Origin: Octopus vulgaris
Taxonomy: Eukaryota
Length of the DNA: 64,000 nt
Assembly: GCA_951406725.2 (NCBI GenBank)
Contig: OX597819.1
Coordinates: 63,178,001 to 63,242,000 of the forward strand
Direction: 5' to 3'
Part shown: positions 1 to 13,796 of the stretch, one piece after another
Layout: each line of letters opens with the position of its first letter
Numbering within the stretch: the first letter of the stretch is position 1
Position numbers and translations under genes: made by a program
The notes under the pieces: generated by a model
The model's database searches: none
What the model saw: only the letters and a program-made list of their open reading frames with translations
Told to the model about the DNA's origin: nothing

Positions 1-112
1 ATAGAGTAAGTACTAGGCTTTCAAAGAATAAGTCCTGGGGTCGATTTGCTCGACTAAAGGCGGTGCTCCAGCATGACCACAGTCAATTGGCTGAAACAAG
101 TAAAAGAGAAAA
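1..112 (+). mobile_element. SINE family A, 3' part (cut by window edge)
   Basis: aagtactaggctt...ctggggtcgatttgctcgactaaaggcggtgctccagcatg...ctgaaacaagtaaaagag matches the 3' end of the copies at 9370 and 12865. Confidence 0.85.
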
Positions 113-915
113 AGAGTAATATATATATAGGGAGAGTGTATGAGACAGAGGGGTTGAGAGGTGTAGTTGTGGCTTTGTGGTGAGATGTATGCTTCCCAAT
201 CATATGGGTCCGGGTTAAGTCTTACTGCGTGGCACCTTGGGCATGTGTTTATTTAGCGTGGGGCAGACCAAATCTTTGGGAATGGGTTTCGTGGACATAT
301 GTATTCTTTATGTATTCTTTATATTTGTTTAAATCATTTGCCTGCAGCCATGCTGGAGCATCGCCTTTATTCGAAAAAAATTTCTTTGTAAGTACATATT
401 CTGTCGGATTCATATTTGTCGCACAACATCAGTCGCCAAGCGATGGTAGTGGTGGGAACACAAACACAGACACATAAATACACATACACACACTCTTGTA
501 TTTTTCTACATATAATAATAATATATTTGGCGAGGTCCGTACCCCCTTGACACTTATGTGAGCATATATTCCTGTAAATTTGGTACGACTCTATACACTG
601 TCTCTCTCTCCTACATTTCTCTGCTTTTCACACTTTGCTTTCTACTTTGATCTGTCCCCTTCTCTCTCTCTCTCTCTCTCTCTACTTCTCTCCCTTTTCT
701 CTTTTCTTGCCTCTGATTCTTTGGTCTACTCTTCCCCCACTCTTACATTTCTCTGTCTTTCTTACTTTGCACTCACAAGTCAATCTTTGACACCCACTCC
801 TTCTCCCCTCTCTAATTCCTTCTTTCTCTCTCTTCTCTCCCCTTTGTTGCCTTCGTCCCTCTTTTTTCTCTCTCTCTTTGTTTCCTTTGCCCCCTTTCTT
901 TTCTCTTTCTTCTCT

Positions 916-1335
916 CATGTGACCGCTGGTCAAAATCAGCCTTTTGGCCTTCGACCACAGCCATGAGAACATCTGTTGTCTTCGTCTGCCGATAAAGGCA
1001 TTTTCCCAAAATACGCCAGCTAAACTTGTACTGTTATTAGTCGTAAGACACCTGCTGTTTTCGTCCTATTTTTACCATTATTGCTTCTTGTATTTCATTT
1101 TTGTTTTTTGTATTTTATATTCGTGTGGCATCGTCCGTTTTTCTGTCCCTATTTCGTATACATTCGATCCTTCTTCCAAGAAATCTAATGCTCGTAGCTT
1201 AGTTTTTCTAATGCTCGTAGCTTAGTTTTCCTGGGGGCTGGCCGGATCGGAGCGATCTCAAGATTAATCAGCCGAAATTGCTACGATGATCCGGTTCTTG
1301 ACTGAAGATTGAGTGTTTTGCGTTCTTGTCCCAGT
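916..1335 (+). mobile_element. Dispersed repeat, probably PLE-derived non-coding segment, preceded by a CT-rich tract
   Basis: 1156-1310 is a diverged reverse complement of 31720-31855 (shared atctcaagattaatcagccgaaattgcta); 23-bp tandem duplication at 1184-1229. Confidence 0.6.
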
Positions 1336-1349
1336 TTGTATTTTTCTAC

Positions 1350-1384
<35 letters not shown>

Positions 1385-1394
1385 TATATATATG

Positions 1395-1530
1395 CTCTGA
1401 GTTCAAATTCCGATGAGGTCGACTTTGCCTTTCACCCTTTCGGGATCGATAAATTAAGTACCAGGTTGATCTATTCGACTGGCCTCCTCTCCCCAAATTT
1501 CGGGCCTTGTGCCTAGAATAGACAGGATAA
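1395..1530 (+). mobile_element. SINE family B, 5'-truncated
   Basis: ctgagttcaaattcc...gaggtcgactttgcctttca core plus tail type 2 (ccccaaatttcgggccttgtgcctaga). Confidence 0.8.
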
Positions 1531-1777
1531 GAATTCCTCCTGGCAAAGCTCCATTCACTTTGGGTAATGGAAAAGAACCACCTTCTTCCACGTGATATTA
1601 ATTACACACACACACACACACACACATAGGGACATATATATCTGTGTGTGTATGTGTGCATGTGTGTGTGAGTGTGTGTTTGAGGGTGCATGCGTGTTTG
1701 TTTTGCGCGTAGTTATGGATGTATTCCGTCAATTCGTCGAATGTTTAACGACTTTCATTTTGTTGTCCTCTATTGTG

Positions 1778-2090
1778 CACCTCTTCCTCCTCTCTCTCTC
1801 TCTCATCTCCTCCTCCTCCTCCTACTCTCTCTCTTCTCTTCCACTTCCTCCTCATCCTCTCTCTCTTCTTCTCCTCCTCCTCCTCCTCTTCCTCTCTTTC
1901 TTCTCTTCCACTTTCCTCCTCCTCCTCTCTCTCTTCTCCTCCTCCTCCTCTTCCTCTCTTTCTTCTCTTCCACTTCCTCCTCGTCCTCTCTCCTCCTCCT
2001 CCTCCTCCTCCTCCTACCCTCTCTTCTCCTCCTCCTCCTCTTCTCTCTTCTCTCCTCCCCTCTTCCTTCTCCTTCACCGTTTTCTCTTTA
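1778..2090. repeat. Compound (CCT)n/(CT)n polypyrimidine tract
   Basis: Almost pure pyrimidine on + strand with recurring ctcttccact subunits. Confidence 0.9.
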
Positions 2091-2683
2091 ATACTTTTCT
2101 TCTTTTTGACTACTTTGAACTAGTACCGCTCATCATTGAATTTTTCCGACAGTAATCCCAGCAAGACAACCGCCATTACCCCCTATCCACCATCAAAACC
2201 ACCACCAAAACCACCACCATCACCACCACCAAAACCACCACCACCACCACCACCACCACCACCTCCACGACCATTGCCAAATGTTAATGAAACCAAACAT
2301 ATGCATCTTAAACGGTTAAAAAGAAAAGATGTAGGTTAAGACAGACCGTTGTACACCAGCAGGAAACATAACGAGGTGCTTTCTACAGCATTAATATCTT
2401 TCTGTGATCACCATCCTGCCTATCTATAACTCTTCATAACAGCAACAGCGATGATCATAAGAAAGAACAAAGGCAAAACGAAGCCAACAGTGCGCTTTCT
2501 ACGTCTGGTCCTTTAGTAATACTACCCAGATCCCTCTGAAGCTGCACCCTTATGATCTGCAGGTACATGTGCATATGTGTATGCATATATCTATGTACGT
2601 GTGTGTGAGTGTGTGCGTGTGTTACGTGCATTACATGCGTATACATAATTGTATATATACACGCACAGATATATACATATGTT

Positions 2684-2948
2684 GAGGCGCAATGGCCCAG
2701 TGGTTAGTGCAGAGGACTCGCGGTCGTAGGATCGCTGCTTCGATTCCCAGACCGGGCGTTGTGAATGTTTATTGAGCGAAAACACCTAAAGCTCCACGAG
2801 GGTCTTTCACACCAACTTCCTCTCACTCTTTCTTGTATTCGCTTATCCAGCGGGGTGGCGTCATTTGAAGGCTAAAACAATGTGAAGCGCATTGTGACCA
2901 GCGATGTGTAGCAACATCTTATAGCCTGGTGGTCACTGTGATCACGGT
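2684..2948 (+). mobile_element. SINE family C (tRNA-like head)
   Basis: A-box tggcccagtgg and B-box-like cttcgattccc; head shared with 63287 (ccagaccgggcg...gtttattgagcgaaaacacctaaagctccacgagg). Confidence 0.8.
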
Positions 2949-4528
2949 GATATATATACATATATATTTGTGTGTGTGTGTTGCATACATATACACGCTA
3001 CGTGCTTTGCCTGCATATACATAATTATATGTACACACACATATATATATATATTTGTGCGTTTTGTGTGTGTGTGTGAGTGTGAAGCTACATAATATAG
3101 TGTTTTAAATTCATGATGCCTGAGAGACAAGATACTCTCAGTTTGAATGCGTTTAATCACAGACCTGCTTAATAAGCGCTACAGCCTTGCGTTTAAACAG
3201 TAACATTACAACCGTCGTCACAATCATCATCATCATCATCATCATCAACATCATCGTCGTCATCATCATCAACATGAACAACAACGACGACGACAACAGC
3301 AACAACAGTAAGGACAGTAACAAGAATGAAATCAATAGCAACAACATGGCGGCCACGATCGCAACCAGTAACCTCATTTATTCACCACTACCACGACATG
3401 CGACGAACGTACCTCACCCATCTACAAGTTTTATCCCTCTCTACTAACATAACTATCACAAACATACAATACTGGACACCGTGAGAAGAACAAGAGAACA
3501 TATTTGAAGACCTGAAGTTCGTGCGCGCACATAAGAAAACAAGTGAAAAATAAAATAGAAAAACAAAAGACATCACACAAAAACTTTCTGAAACTCATGA
3601 ATATGCAAATTTCCTCAATGCTTTATGCAAATTAGCGTCCATCCTATTTTTTCCTTTCAAAAATTTTGCTCATTTATTTATTGTTTCGTGTTTATCATTA
3701 TCCTTATTATTTTCTTCAATTTTATATCATTATCGTTGAAATTATTTTTATTTATTTATTTATTCTCCATCTTTTTGGGGTTTTTGATTACTTCATTTTC
3801 TATATTCCTCCACCAACACCAACTTTCATACATTTATAAATGGACTTTCGCGAAAATAAGAAATTTTTGAAAATTTGAAAATTAAAAAAAACAAAAACAA
3901 TACATACCCTCTCTCTTCTCTCCCTAAAAATGGAACAGGACAAAAAAGAAAAAAACAACACGCACACACACACGCACACATACACACACAGACACACACA
4001 CATAGACACACATACCAATGAAAACAGAAGCAAATGCCGAAAAGCATTTTATCATAAGATTGACTGAATAATAATAATTAATCTACTACACTTCTTCCTC
4101 CTCCTCCTCCTCCTCCTCCTCCTACTACTACTACTACTACTACTACATCACGCCACCAGTATACAATATAAAGAAGGTATCTGAAGAATATTTGGAGAAA
4201 TGAAGTGAAAGTTGAAAGAACGGTCAATTGAATGAAGTCTTTTGTCGTCCTTCATTTTTTCTTCAATGTTTTATGCGTTCTACGTTAAAAAAATCGCTTT
4301 GGTCAACTTCCCTTTCTGTATTAGCAGAATCGTTTGTTTGCCTGAACGCAAATACCTGCGCTAATTGTTCCGGCTCTTTAAATTGTGTGTTCAAATTCCA
4401 CCGAGAACAAAATTGTGTCTTTCATTCTTTCGGGATAGACAAATTAATGTGACCAGTCGGATTCTCAGGTTTTAATGGGATCAACTAACATTATCTTCTG
4501 TATACCATGTGTTGAGTAGATAGTGTTG

Positions 4529-4941
4529 GTTGAAAGAAACAGTATGGAAGACGCGGCTGAAAGAGATTGTGACGGGTACCTTCGTATCTGGCCAGGATTT
4601 GGTCAACTTTTTTAGTTACCAACTCAGCAGTAAGATCAGGCTGGAGAAGAGGTACCTGTCATGTGAAAAATTCAGAAAAAGGTGGAAGCTTGTGGAGAGA
4701 AAGCTGGGAGTAACTGGCACCAAGTGAACGGAGCCACGGAAAGAAAGCAAAGGTTCTACACTGGTGTAGGGTGCCTTTCCTTCGTGTTAAACATTGCTTT
4801 TAGCAATGTATTCATTTTAAATCTCATCTGTATGATAATCATTGTCAATTTTTAATCGTTTAAAGCTACTCACCCTTTTTATGTTTGTCTGTCCTTGTCC
4901 GTCCCCTCTATGTATTGTCTTATGGCAAATATTATGAAATA
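4529..4941 (+). mobile_element. 5'-truncated L1/Tx1-like LINE 3' end
   Basis: Flanked by 15-bp direct repeat gagtagatagtgttg (4514-4528, 4942-4956); ORF 4530-4727 (KETVWKTRLK...FVSGQDLVNFF...KIRLEKRYLS..KFRKRW) resembles an L1/Tx1 ORF2 C-terminus; clade assigned by recall only. Confidence 0.65.
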
Positions 4942-5303
4942 GAGTAGATAGTGTTGTTTGATGCAATATGACTAAATCAGAGCAGTGCATTGACAGTACC
5001 CTAAGAACTTAGGACAGTTGTTATTTCTTTTGCTTCACAAACTTCTGAATTCAAATTTCGTCGAAGTTAAATTTCATTTATATCCCTCCACAGTAGTTAA
5101 AAAAAAGTACCAATAAAATATTGATATCAAAACAATCGACTAATCTTCTCCCACAAATTCCGGATCATGTGACTCGGTTAGAAACAATCATATTTATTGT
5201 TGTGATTGGCGGCAGTGAATGTTATGTTTGAAGCAGATATGATCTTTAAATATAGCTAGTACTGTCGAGATCAAGCAGAATACACACACACACACACATA
5301 CTC

Positions 5304-5341
<38 letters not shown>

Positions 5342-5358
5342 GCATGTATGTACGCATG

Positions 5359-5507
<149 letters not shown>

Positions 5508-5987
5508 GAGACTGCTATATTGATTGAAGTGAACATTAAACTGTCTGTATACTGTCCTGCATATACCTGTGTTTGTCCTCGAAAACTAATTTTGATGCGA
5601 CGAAAAACGACCAACGTACACATAAAAAAAACTATATAAATCCCCAAAACACTATATGTTGTGTTCCATAAATTAGATGTTATATGTTATAGGCTGAGAA
5701 TGTTGTACCGCACTAACTCATACGGACTGACCCTAGACTCCTGGAATGTCGATCCAAGTAGTATCTATACCGAGAATAATGTCGAATGTTATATGTAAAA
5801 TTGTTGACTGTTCAAGTAGTATGTGTTAACTGTCTATGTGATTCCATCTTATACATTATGGGTTGTGATTATTGTCTGATTATTTATGTAACCATGGGAA
5901 TGTGTCTGACTGCCCGACTGCCACTAGACACTAATGCGCCCTTGACATATATTGACGTATGTAAATACGAAAATATAGCTATATACA

Positions 5988-6500
5988 TCTATTATATAAA
6001 ATCGTTCTGACTGTCTGTGTGTGTGTCTTCTAGGATCTCAGGCATCCTCCATCCGATTGCGCTCAAATTTGATATGTAGATACCGACGGTGTCAGGGCGT
6101 GTATAAGTCTTGAAAAAATTACAAAAATCGATTCCAGGTGAGAATGCAATCAATAAAGTCGTCTTTGTCCTGCTTTTCTGCCGTCAACCTGTACATAACT
6201 GCACCTTCCATTTTTGGTTGTTTTTGTACTGCTTAAAGCACGTTTCTTTCCTGCCAAGCTTACTATTTAAACCATCTTTGTGTTCTTCCAGTCAACAGGC
6301 TTATTATTACTGGTACTTTAAACTCTTCGGTTGCATATTTGTGTGAATAAAATCGTATTTCTTTGGAATAGAAAGAAGTCTATCTTTATTTCTTCTTTTG
6401 CTGGTGTCTCAAATTTAGGTTAAATCAGTGTTTCTAGGAGGGGAGGTCTATGGGACGGTCGGACAAGTTGTTTTGAGAAAATTTGGTTTAAATGTTTGAC
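5988..6500 (+). mobile_element. Possible non-autonomous Helitron/Helentron-like element, 3' limit uncertain
   Basis: a|TCTATTATATAAAA start followed by ctgtctgtgtg microsatellite and ccgattgcgctcaaatttgatatg; no 3' CTRR terminus identified. Confidence 0.35.
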
Positions 6501-7772
6501 AACTCAGCGCCGTCCATTGGACTGCGGGGGTGGACGTTTTGCTCGTGCATATATAAATATGACTTCATAGGTGTGGGTAAGGAAGAGTGAGATATATCAT
6601 GAGGTGCGATTATACGCCTGGAAAATAAATGTTTGTATGGGGAAGCATACATGTAAAAATATAAATGCACATGCATAAAAATATATCTATGCGCATGTTA
6701 AGATACCTTCCATGTGAATGTAGGATAACACATATAAATGCACATAAATATAAGTGTATAAATATAAGCATATGTATTTGTAGTTGTATGTATATAAATG
6801 CTTGTATTAGTATACGCCTGTTTGCGCATGCTAAAAACCGCTAAATATATGTGTGAGTTTGTGCCTACGTATACTTGTGTATGTGTACTCCTGTCTACCA
6901 AACCAGCGCTAAGTAAGCTGATCCAGTCATCTGTAACCGGCTGAAGAATGGCTCCACAACGGGGAGCAAGATATTAATTTATTTGCCTCTAATACGACCA
7001 TCTTGATTGTTTGAGAATGCCCTTTCCTTGACGACACGTGTGAGTGTGTATATATGTGTGTATACGTATACGTCTATATATGTGTTCATGTCAAAAAGTG
7101 TATAGTTTTCCTTCGTTTTATCTCGCCAGGTTTATACTCCATCTCTTTCTGTAATTTATATTATGTATAAACAGTGAATTATAACCTCACCTATTGGTTA
7201 TAACCCCAAAATTATTCACAGAAAAGCAGAGAAAAATATTAACTCACAGAAGCACTGAAAAATATGTAATATACTAAAACAGAAGAATTAAAACAAGGCA
7301 TGCGGCTGAGAAGAATTTCGTGATGTGAAGAATCAAATGTGAAAAATCAAGTCGAAACGATGAAAATGCTCGGATCTTTGTGGTTACCAACACTGTATGT
7401 CGAAATCTTAAAAAAAAAAAATAATAATGTACCATATAGATGAAATTTTGGATCTAGTTTTTCTATGTGTTAGTATTTTTGCCTATTTTTTTCATTTTTG
7501 GGACACATTGACTTACATAGCGGGATTTATGATTTCACTAGGTTAATTCTATTCATAAAACTTTAAATTAGTAGTATTTCTAACAAAAACCGTTAGCTTC
7601 ATATTTCAACTGCTTAACTGAAATTTAGCCCACGTAACAGGAACTGAGAGGGATATCGCGAAACAGAGAATCTGTGGGTGATACAGATAATATGATATTA
7701 TTTTTGAATTCTGCATACAAAAACATATAAGATACAGGTATTCTTTTCCTTGGGACAAATTCTTTGTCCCAA

Positions 7773-8568
7773 GCGAGCAAACTAAATATTTAAAAGCTTC
7801 AAGCAAACCAACAGGAATTGCTAGAAATAACAGTCAAAACGTGAGGCACAGGCAGTGAACCGCAACACAGCGTGCGGTTGCCATGGTAACAAGCTGCTAA
7901 TGCCACGCTGTTTGTTGATTCGCTAAAATTCTTTAATTTACGAGATAAAGTAATTGGTTGATCGTAATCAAAATTCAGAGATGTACCGATACACCAAAAG
8001 TGAAAGCAATCTGAAAAAAATTGAAAGGGGCTCATTTTGCTAATGAAGAAGACTAGTTCCGTAATTGTTGACGCTGGATCCGAATTTGTTAATCATTTAT
8101 TCCAAAAAATTTTGCGAAAATGTTGCAGGTGTTCAAAGTTTGATAATTTTCGGAATTTTCAGCTAATCAGAAAACAGCGCGTTGGCTATCTCTTCCAACA
8201 TCTGTCACTGTAGCGAGAAAGTGAGGGTGGAGGGCACTGGCATGTCAAAACATTAAACTAGCTGCAACTAAATTAAATATTTAAAAGCTACGAGCAAACC
8301 GACAGGAGTTACTAGAAATAACAGTCAAAACAATAACAGCAAAATAAACAGTAAAAAACAAAAAAAAAACATTCGCGAGCAAATTAAATATTTAAAAACT
8401 GCGAGCAAACCAACAGGAGTTGCTAGAAATAACAGTCAAAACGTTAAAATATACACCAGTAAAGTAAACAGTGAAAACAGTGAAAAACATTAAAACATTC
8501 GCGAGCAAATTAAATATTTAAAAGCTACAAGCAAACCAACAGGAATTGCTAGAAATAACAGTCAAAAC
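7773..8568 (+). repeat. Four copies of a ~68-bp unit
   Basis: gcgagcaaattaaatatttaaaagct...agcaaaccaacaggagttgctagaaataacagtcaaaac at ~7773, ~8267, ~8375, ~8500. Confidence 0.85.
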
Positions 8569-9369
8569 ATTGCTTAAAACAGACGTTTATACGTTGAAAA
8601 CCTCAAGAAAGTAAGTTTGCAATACACTCTAGGAATATAAGTAATCTTTTTCATATCTCGTTCTCCACATAAATTCACAAAGAGAAGCGTGAATCATGGA
8701 ACCGTGTGTCCTGTGCCGGCGTTTGTCTCCACGCTGTAAAGATGCCCAGGTACTCACAATTTGTTGGTTACATTTAATTTGGTGGTTACACGACTTGTGC
8801 GCATGCACAGCATCTTTGGTTACTATAGAAACAGAGTTCTTCGCAATCAGCTATGGAACACATATTAAGCTTCTTTGTTTACAATGCTAACAGAACTTCA
8901 TCCTGATGTGTAAAATACTCGCTTCTGATTGGCTAAAATACCTAAATTTTCAAAATTTAAAGGCTAGTAACTTTTCCATTATGAATTTATAGGGAAAATG
9001 AATTTCATTTTAATAATTAGCATACAAAACTTAATCCATATACCAAATTTGAAAACAAATGGAACAAAATTGTAATCAGTGACCATAACCACTAAGATCC
9101 AAGTGGACTATTCGGCATACATCTTGAAATATAACAACGTCCAAATTATATATATATAATTATATCTTTTGCCAAATGAACACACGCACTGTATATTCAT
9201 CGTTTACTATTTTATTACTGATGTTTCGTCACTCATCACGTGTATGCTCCTGTTCCACTTAGTTCATTACGTTCTTCTAAGAGCAGTAATAAACGGGTGA
9301 ATAACGATTATATAGTGCCTGTGTTTATTTGGCAAAAAGAAACAAAAAAAAAACAAAGAAAATCTGACC

Positions 9370-9855
<486 letters not shown>

Positions 9856-10283
9856 ATTCCGAAATATAACAATATATGTTTCAACACACTATTTCACATC
9901 AAGAATCTTGCAACGCAAGTTCATAAACATGTGTGTGTGCACGCGCTTGCGTGTGTATATACATACATACATACATACATACATATTTACCACGTTTTTT
10001 CACACCGTTTCCGTCGGTTAGGGGTTACAGTGACAGACTGGTGCCTAAGGTGCCGCTTTGTCGGACTGAAACAGAAACCACATAGATACAAATGGAATTT
10101 CCTAACAACGCAGCCATACCTGCACCTGAATTAGAAGAGGCTTCAATTTCCCCCACCCAAACCCTACGTCAAGTGGGATAAAAACTCCTCTAGAAACTAA
10201 AAGGAGAAATTATCTCAATACAACATTTCAAAAAAATATATATATGGCGCTATTTATTGTATATTTGTTGTATATTTGAAAGT

Positions 10284-10490
10284 GGAGAGCTGGCAGAACC
10301 GATAAAACGCCAGGCAGAATGCTTAGTAGCATTTCGTCCGTCTTTGCGTTCTGAGTTCAAATTCCGCTGAGGTCGACTTTTCTTTTCATCTATTTGGTAT
10401 CGATAATGTTAAATACTAACTGAATACGATGTAATCTGTTTATCCACTCTGTCGAATTTTTTGGTATTGTGCTAAAATTTGAAATTATTA
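10284..10490 (+). mobile_element. SINE family B, diverged
   Basis: gagctggcagaa...gttctgagttcaaattccgctgaggtcgacttt. Confidence 0.75.
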
Positions 10491-11005
10491 TTTGTTGAAG
10501 TTTTAAAAGCGAATACAAACAAAATTGTCTGAAATCGGAAATATAAAAAAAAATAAAGATGGAAAATAAAATAAACAAAGAAATGAGAGTGACAAAACTA
10601 AATAAACAACCTCCAATAAATATATGAATTAGGTGTGGTAGAACTGTAGATATAAAACTGAAGTATACAACAAATTTAAGAAACAGAATATATATATATA
10701 GTGAAACTAGAAATGTTTATTCTTAACAATTCTTGCCGTTGAAATATCTAGATTATTATGGAAGGAAGACTACACAATTGATGGCTTGAATGAACTCGAA
10801 ATAAAATTTTGTTTGTTCAGTTCAACAACATTATTTGTTGCAATCATCTAGAGTTGGGGATGTTTACAAGATTAGTGATATTAGTGTTACGTGTAAATGT
10901 ATGTGCATATATGTATGTGCACAAATATATATATATTTGTATACATACATACATCTGTCTGTCTGTCGGTCGGTCTCTCTCCCTCTCATCTCTCTCTCCC
11001 TCGCC

Positions 11006-11059
<54 letters not shown>

Positions 11060-12173
11060 TAAATAATGGCCATTTCCCTTTATTGGATTAAATTTGGCTT
11101 ACAGCTGTTTCCAGTAGTCATTATAGGTTCCCTTGAGACAGGGTTACTCATTTGGACTATAGTTTATTTGAGAAAAGTTGAACGACCTAAAAAGCATGAA
11201 TGCTAGTTTCAGCAGAGCCAATGTTGATGGACTACGACCGGGACCTTGCTCCTCTATGCTTAGCTCTCTGCGGGCAATAAAGGAATAAATATTATTAGCT
11301 TGGTTTGCAGCGCTTCTGAATTATTTTTCCGGATTGATAATCCCTCACAAATAGTTACATAGGAATTATTTACCAGAGAATTCTGACGAAGGTATGTAAA
11401 CATAAACTTCGACGTCACTATCAAAGTTTTCCTTGAGAACTTGAAAATCATGTATTCCTGTACTCCGTTAAATATATTGTGTAATCCTTCAGTGCAATGG
11501 TAAATTGATTTTGTATATAACTTGAGATAAATGCAAAAATTAACAAGCACATACACTTACGCATATGTATGTGTGATTTTGCAGCAATGCATATGCATCT
11601 TTATAAGCATGTGTCTGTATGTGTGCATGTGAGCGTAAAATCCTGCGTATGAAAATTCAATTTCTTACTTCAGATTTACGTAACAACCTAAAATATACTG
11701 AAAAATGACAATAAATATTTTGTTACAGTGTATTAATAATTTTGTTATGAAAGAATTTTTAAACTCGGATAGGGAACGTTAAACGAATTGGAGTATTGAT
11801 ACAAAAGAAATATATGTGAATACAGAAAGACAATACTAAAAGAGAATAAAAATAACAGAATAGAAAATAAAATGAATAACGTTTAATATAGGAAAATTTT
11901 GAACTGAAGAAGTATATAAAGATATAAAAAAAACATTTGATGATGAAAATATGAAAATGATAAGGAGATATAGTGTATGAAAGGAAAGGAAGAGTGAATT
12001 GAGACCGGAGAAATTTTAAGAATTTGAAGGGAAAAAAATATACGTTAGAAAGAAATGTAAGTAAAATGAAGAATAAATTGTTATAAAGAATATAAATGAA
12101 ATATTTCAGTCATAGTTGCCGAAACGGAAAAATAAAGAAAATAATCACGGTGCTGATGATGATGACGATGACT

Positions 12174-12224
<51 letters not shown>

Positions 12225-12592
12225 TGAGAATGAATAATTTAGAAAATTGTGACAAAAACAAAACAAGACAAAATATTGTAATGAAGATATTGGAATGAAA
12301 TATGAGACAGCAAATGTCAGACAGATGAAACGATGTGAATCACAGATGGAAAATTAAGTGAAAATGACAGGTGGAATTAGAGAAGAGATAGAGAAAAAGA
12401 AGAGAAAGACGAGAGAAAAAAAAAGAACTGGAAGAATTAGAAGAATGGGGAATAAAATAAGTGGGTTAGAAGAAAGTAATATAGAAGGCAGGGAGAAGAA
12501 AAATATGAACAACAAGAGAAGAAGTTTAATAAATGTCTAACAGCATAATATTACTATCCGGTCCTGATCGTAATGGGAAAAGTCTATCTATA

Positions 12593-12669
<77 letters not shown>

Positions 12670-12864
12670 GTATGTCTGTCCATCTATCTATATATATGTA
12701 TGGTGATGCAAACAGGAACAATAGAACTTAAAATATGAGTATATCTATCTATATCTCTATTAATATTTGGTAGAAATAACACGTTCACTCAAGTGCCGAA
12801 ATATAAGCATCAACTCACGAAACTATCAGCCCTTGAACCACTCTCATGCTTTTGCTTAATATCC

Positions 12865-13230
12865 GAGTGGCTGTGTGGTAAGTAGCTTGCATAACAACCA
12901 CATATTTCCGGGTTCAGGCCCACTGCGTGGCACCTTGGTCAAGTGTCTTCTACTATAGCTTCGAGCCAACCAAAGCCTTGTGAGTGGATTTGGTAGACGG
13001 AAACTCAAAAGAAGCCCGTTTAATATATGTATATGTATATATGTGTGTGCGTGTTTGTGTGTCTGTGTTTGTTCCCCCAACATCACTTGACAACCGATGC
13101 TGGTGTGTTTACGTCCCCGTAACAAGGCTTACAAATAACTAGGCTTACAAAGAATAAGTCCTGGGGTCGATTTGCTCGACTAAAGGCGGGGCTCCAGCAT
13201 GGCCTCAGTCAAATGACTGAAACAAATGAA
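12865..13230 (+). mobile_element. SINE family A
   Basis: Colinear with 9370-9855 apart from an internal deletion near 13122. Confidence 0.9.
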
Positions 13231-13248
13231 ATATATATATATATAAAA

Positions 13249-13529
13249 TTAAAATTATAATTCAGGGTATCTAAGAGATAACTCTACGCTGGAAATAGCA
13301 GCCAAAAATTGACTCTAAAACCACACTAAAAGTTTATACAGCACCAGGAGACAAAGAGACAAAATAAACTAGCAAAAAAATTACTATATAATTTTTTTTT
13401 GCTAGTTTGTTTTGTCTCTTTGTCTTCTCTCCTCGTGCTGTTCGAACTTTTAATGTTGTTTTAGAGTCAGGTTTTGGCTGCTATTTCCAGCCTGGTGGTA
13501 TCTCTTAGATACCCCAAATTATAATTTAA
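13249..13529. repeat. Imperfect palindrome, arms ~135 bp
   Basis: gggtatctaagagata...gctggaaatagcagccaaaa...gactctaaaac mirrored by gttttagagtc...ttttggctgctatttccagc...tatctcttagataccc; centre ~13386. Confidence 0.9.
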
Positions 13530-13625
13530 TAATAATTATTACCTTTGGAGGTTTTTTTATTCCGATGCTGGCTATCTGATAAGATCGGTATTTAAACAAC
13601 GATCTTATCCTTATTTATATAAATT

Positions 13626-13697
<72 letters not shown>

Positions 13698-13796
13698 AAG
13701 TTAATCCAAAAATGAAAACACAAATTGAAAGAACAACACGAGGACGTAGAACAAGTATAGTGTTATTGGACGCTCGGAAAGGAAAGATATACATAT

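Noticed and set aside
2136-2565. Proline-rich ORF and a possible minus-strand exon after ctgcag
   Set aside because: Driven by (CCA)n; all frames stop quickly and no product is recognisable
5657-5985. Possible LTR starting tgttgtg
   Set aside because: No matching CA terminus or TSD found
6940-6985. CTGAAGA followed by a gctcc/ggagc hairpin
   Set aside because: No GAAA and no stem I, so not callable as a hammerhead
7773-8568. CRISPR-like array or sgRNA-like gctagaaata
   Set aside because: Eukaryotic context, units too long, irregular non-unique spacing, no cas genes; the short match is coincidental
9211-9242. Minus-strand GTGATGA-gtgac-GAAA-ca-TC-agt-AATAAA (16-mer shared with 35701)
   Set aside because: C3 is mutated and stems II and III are essentially absent; may be a relic but cannot be supported
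11383-11420. CTGACGA with hairpin
   Set aside because: GAAA is incomplete and stem I does not pair
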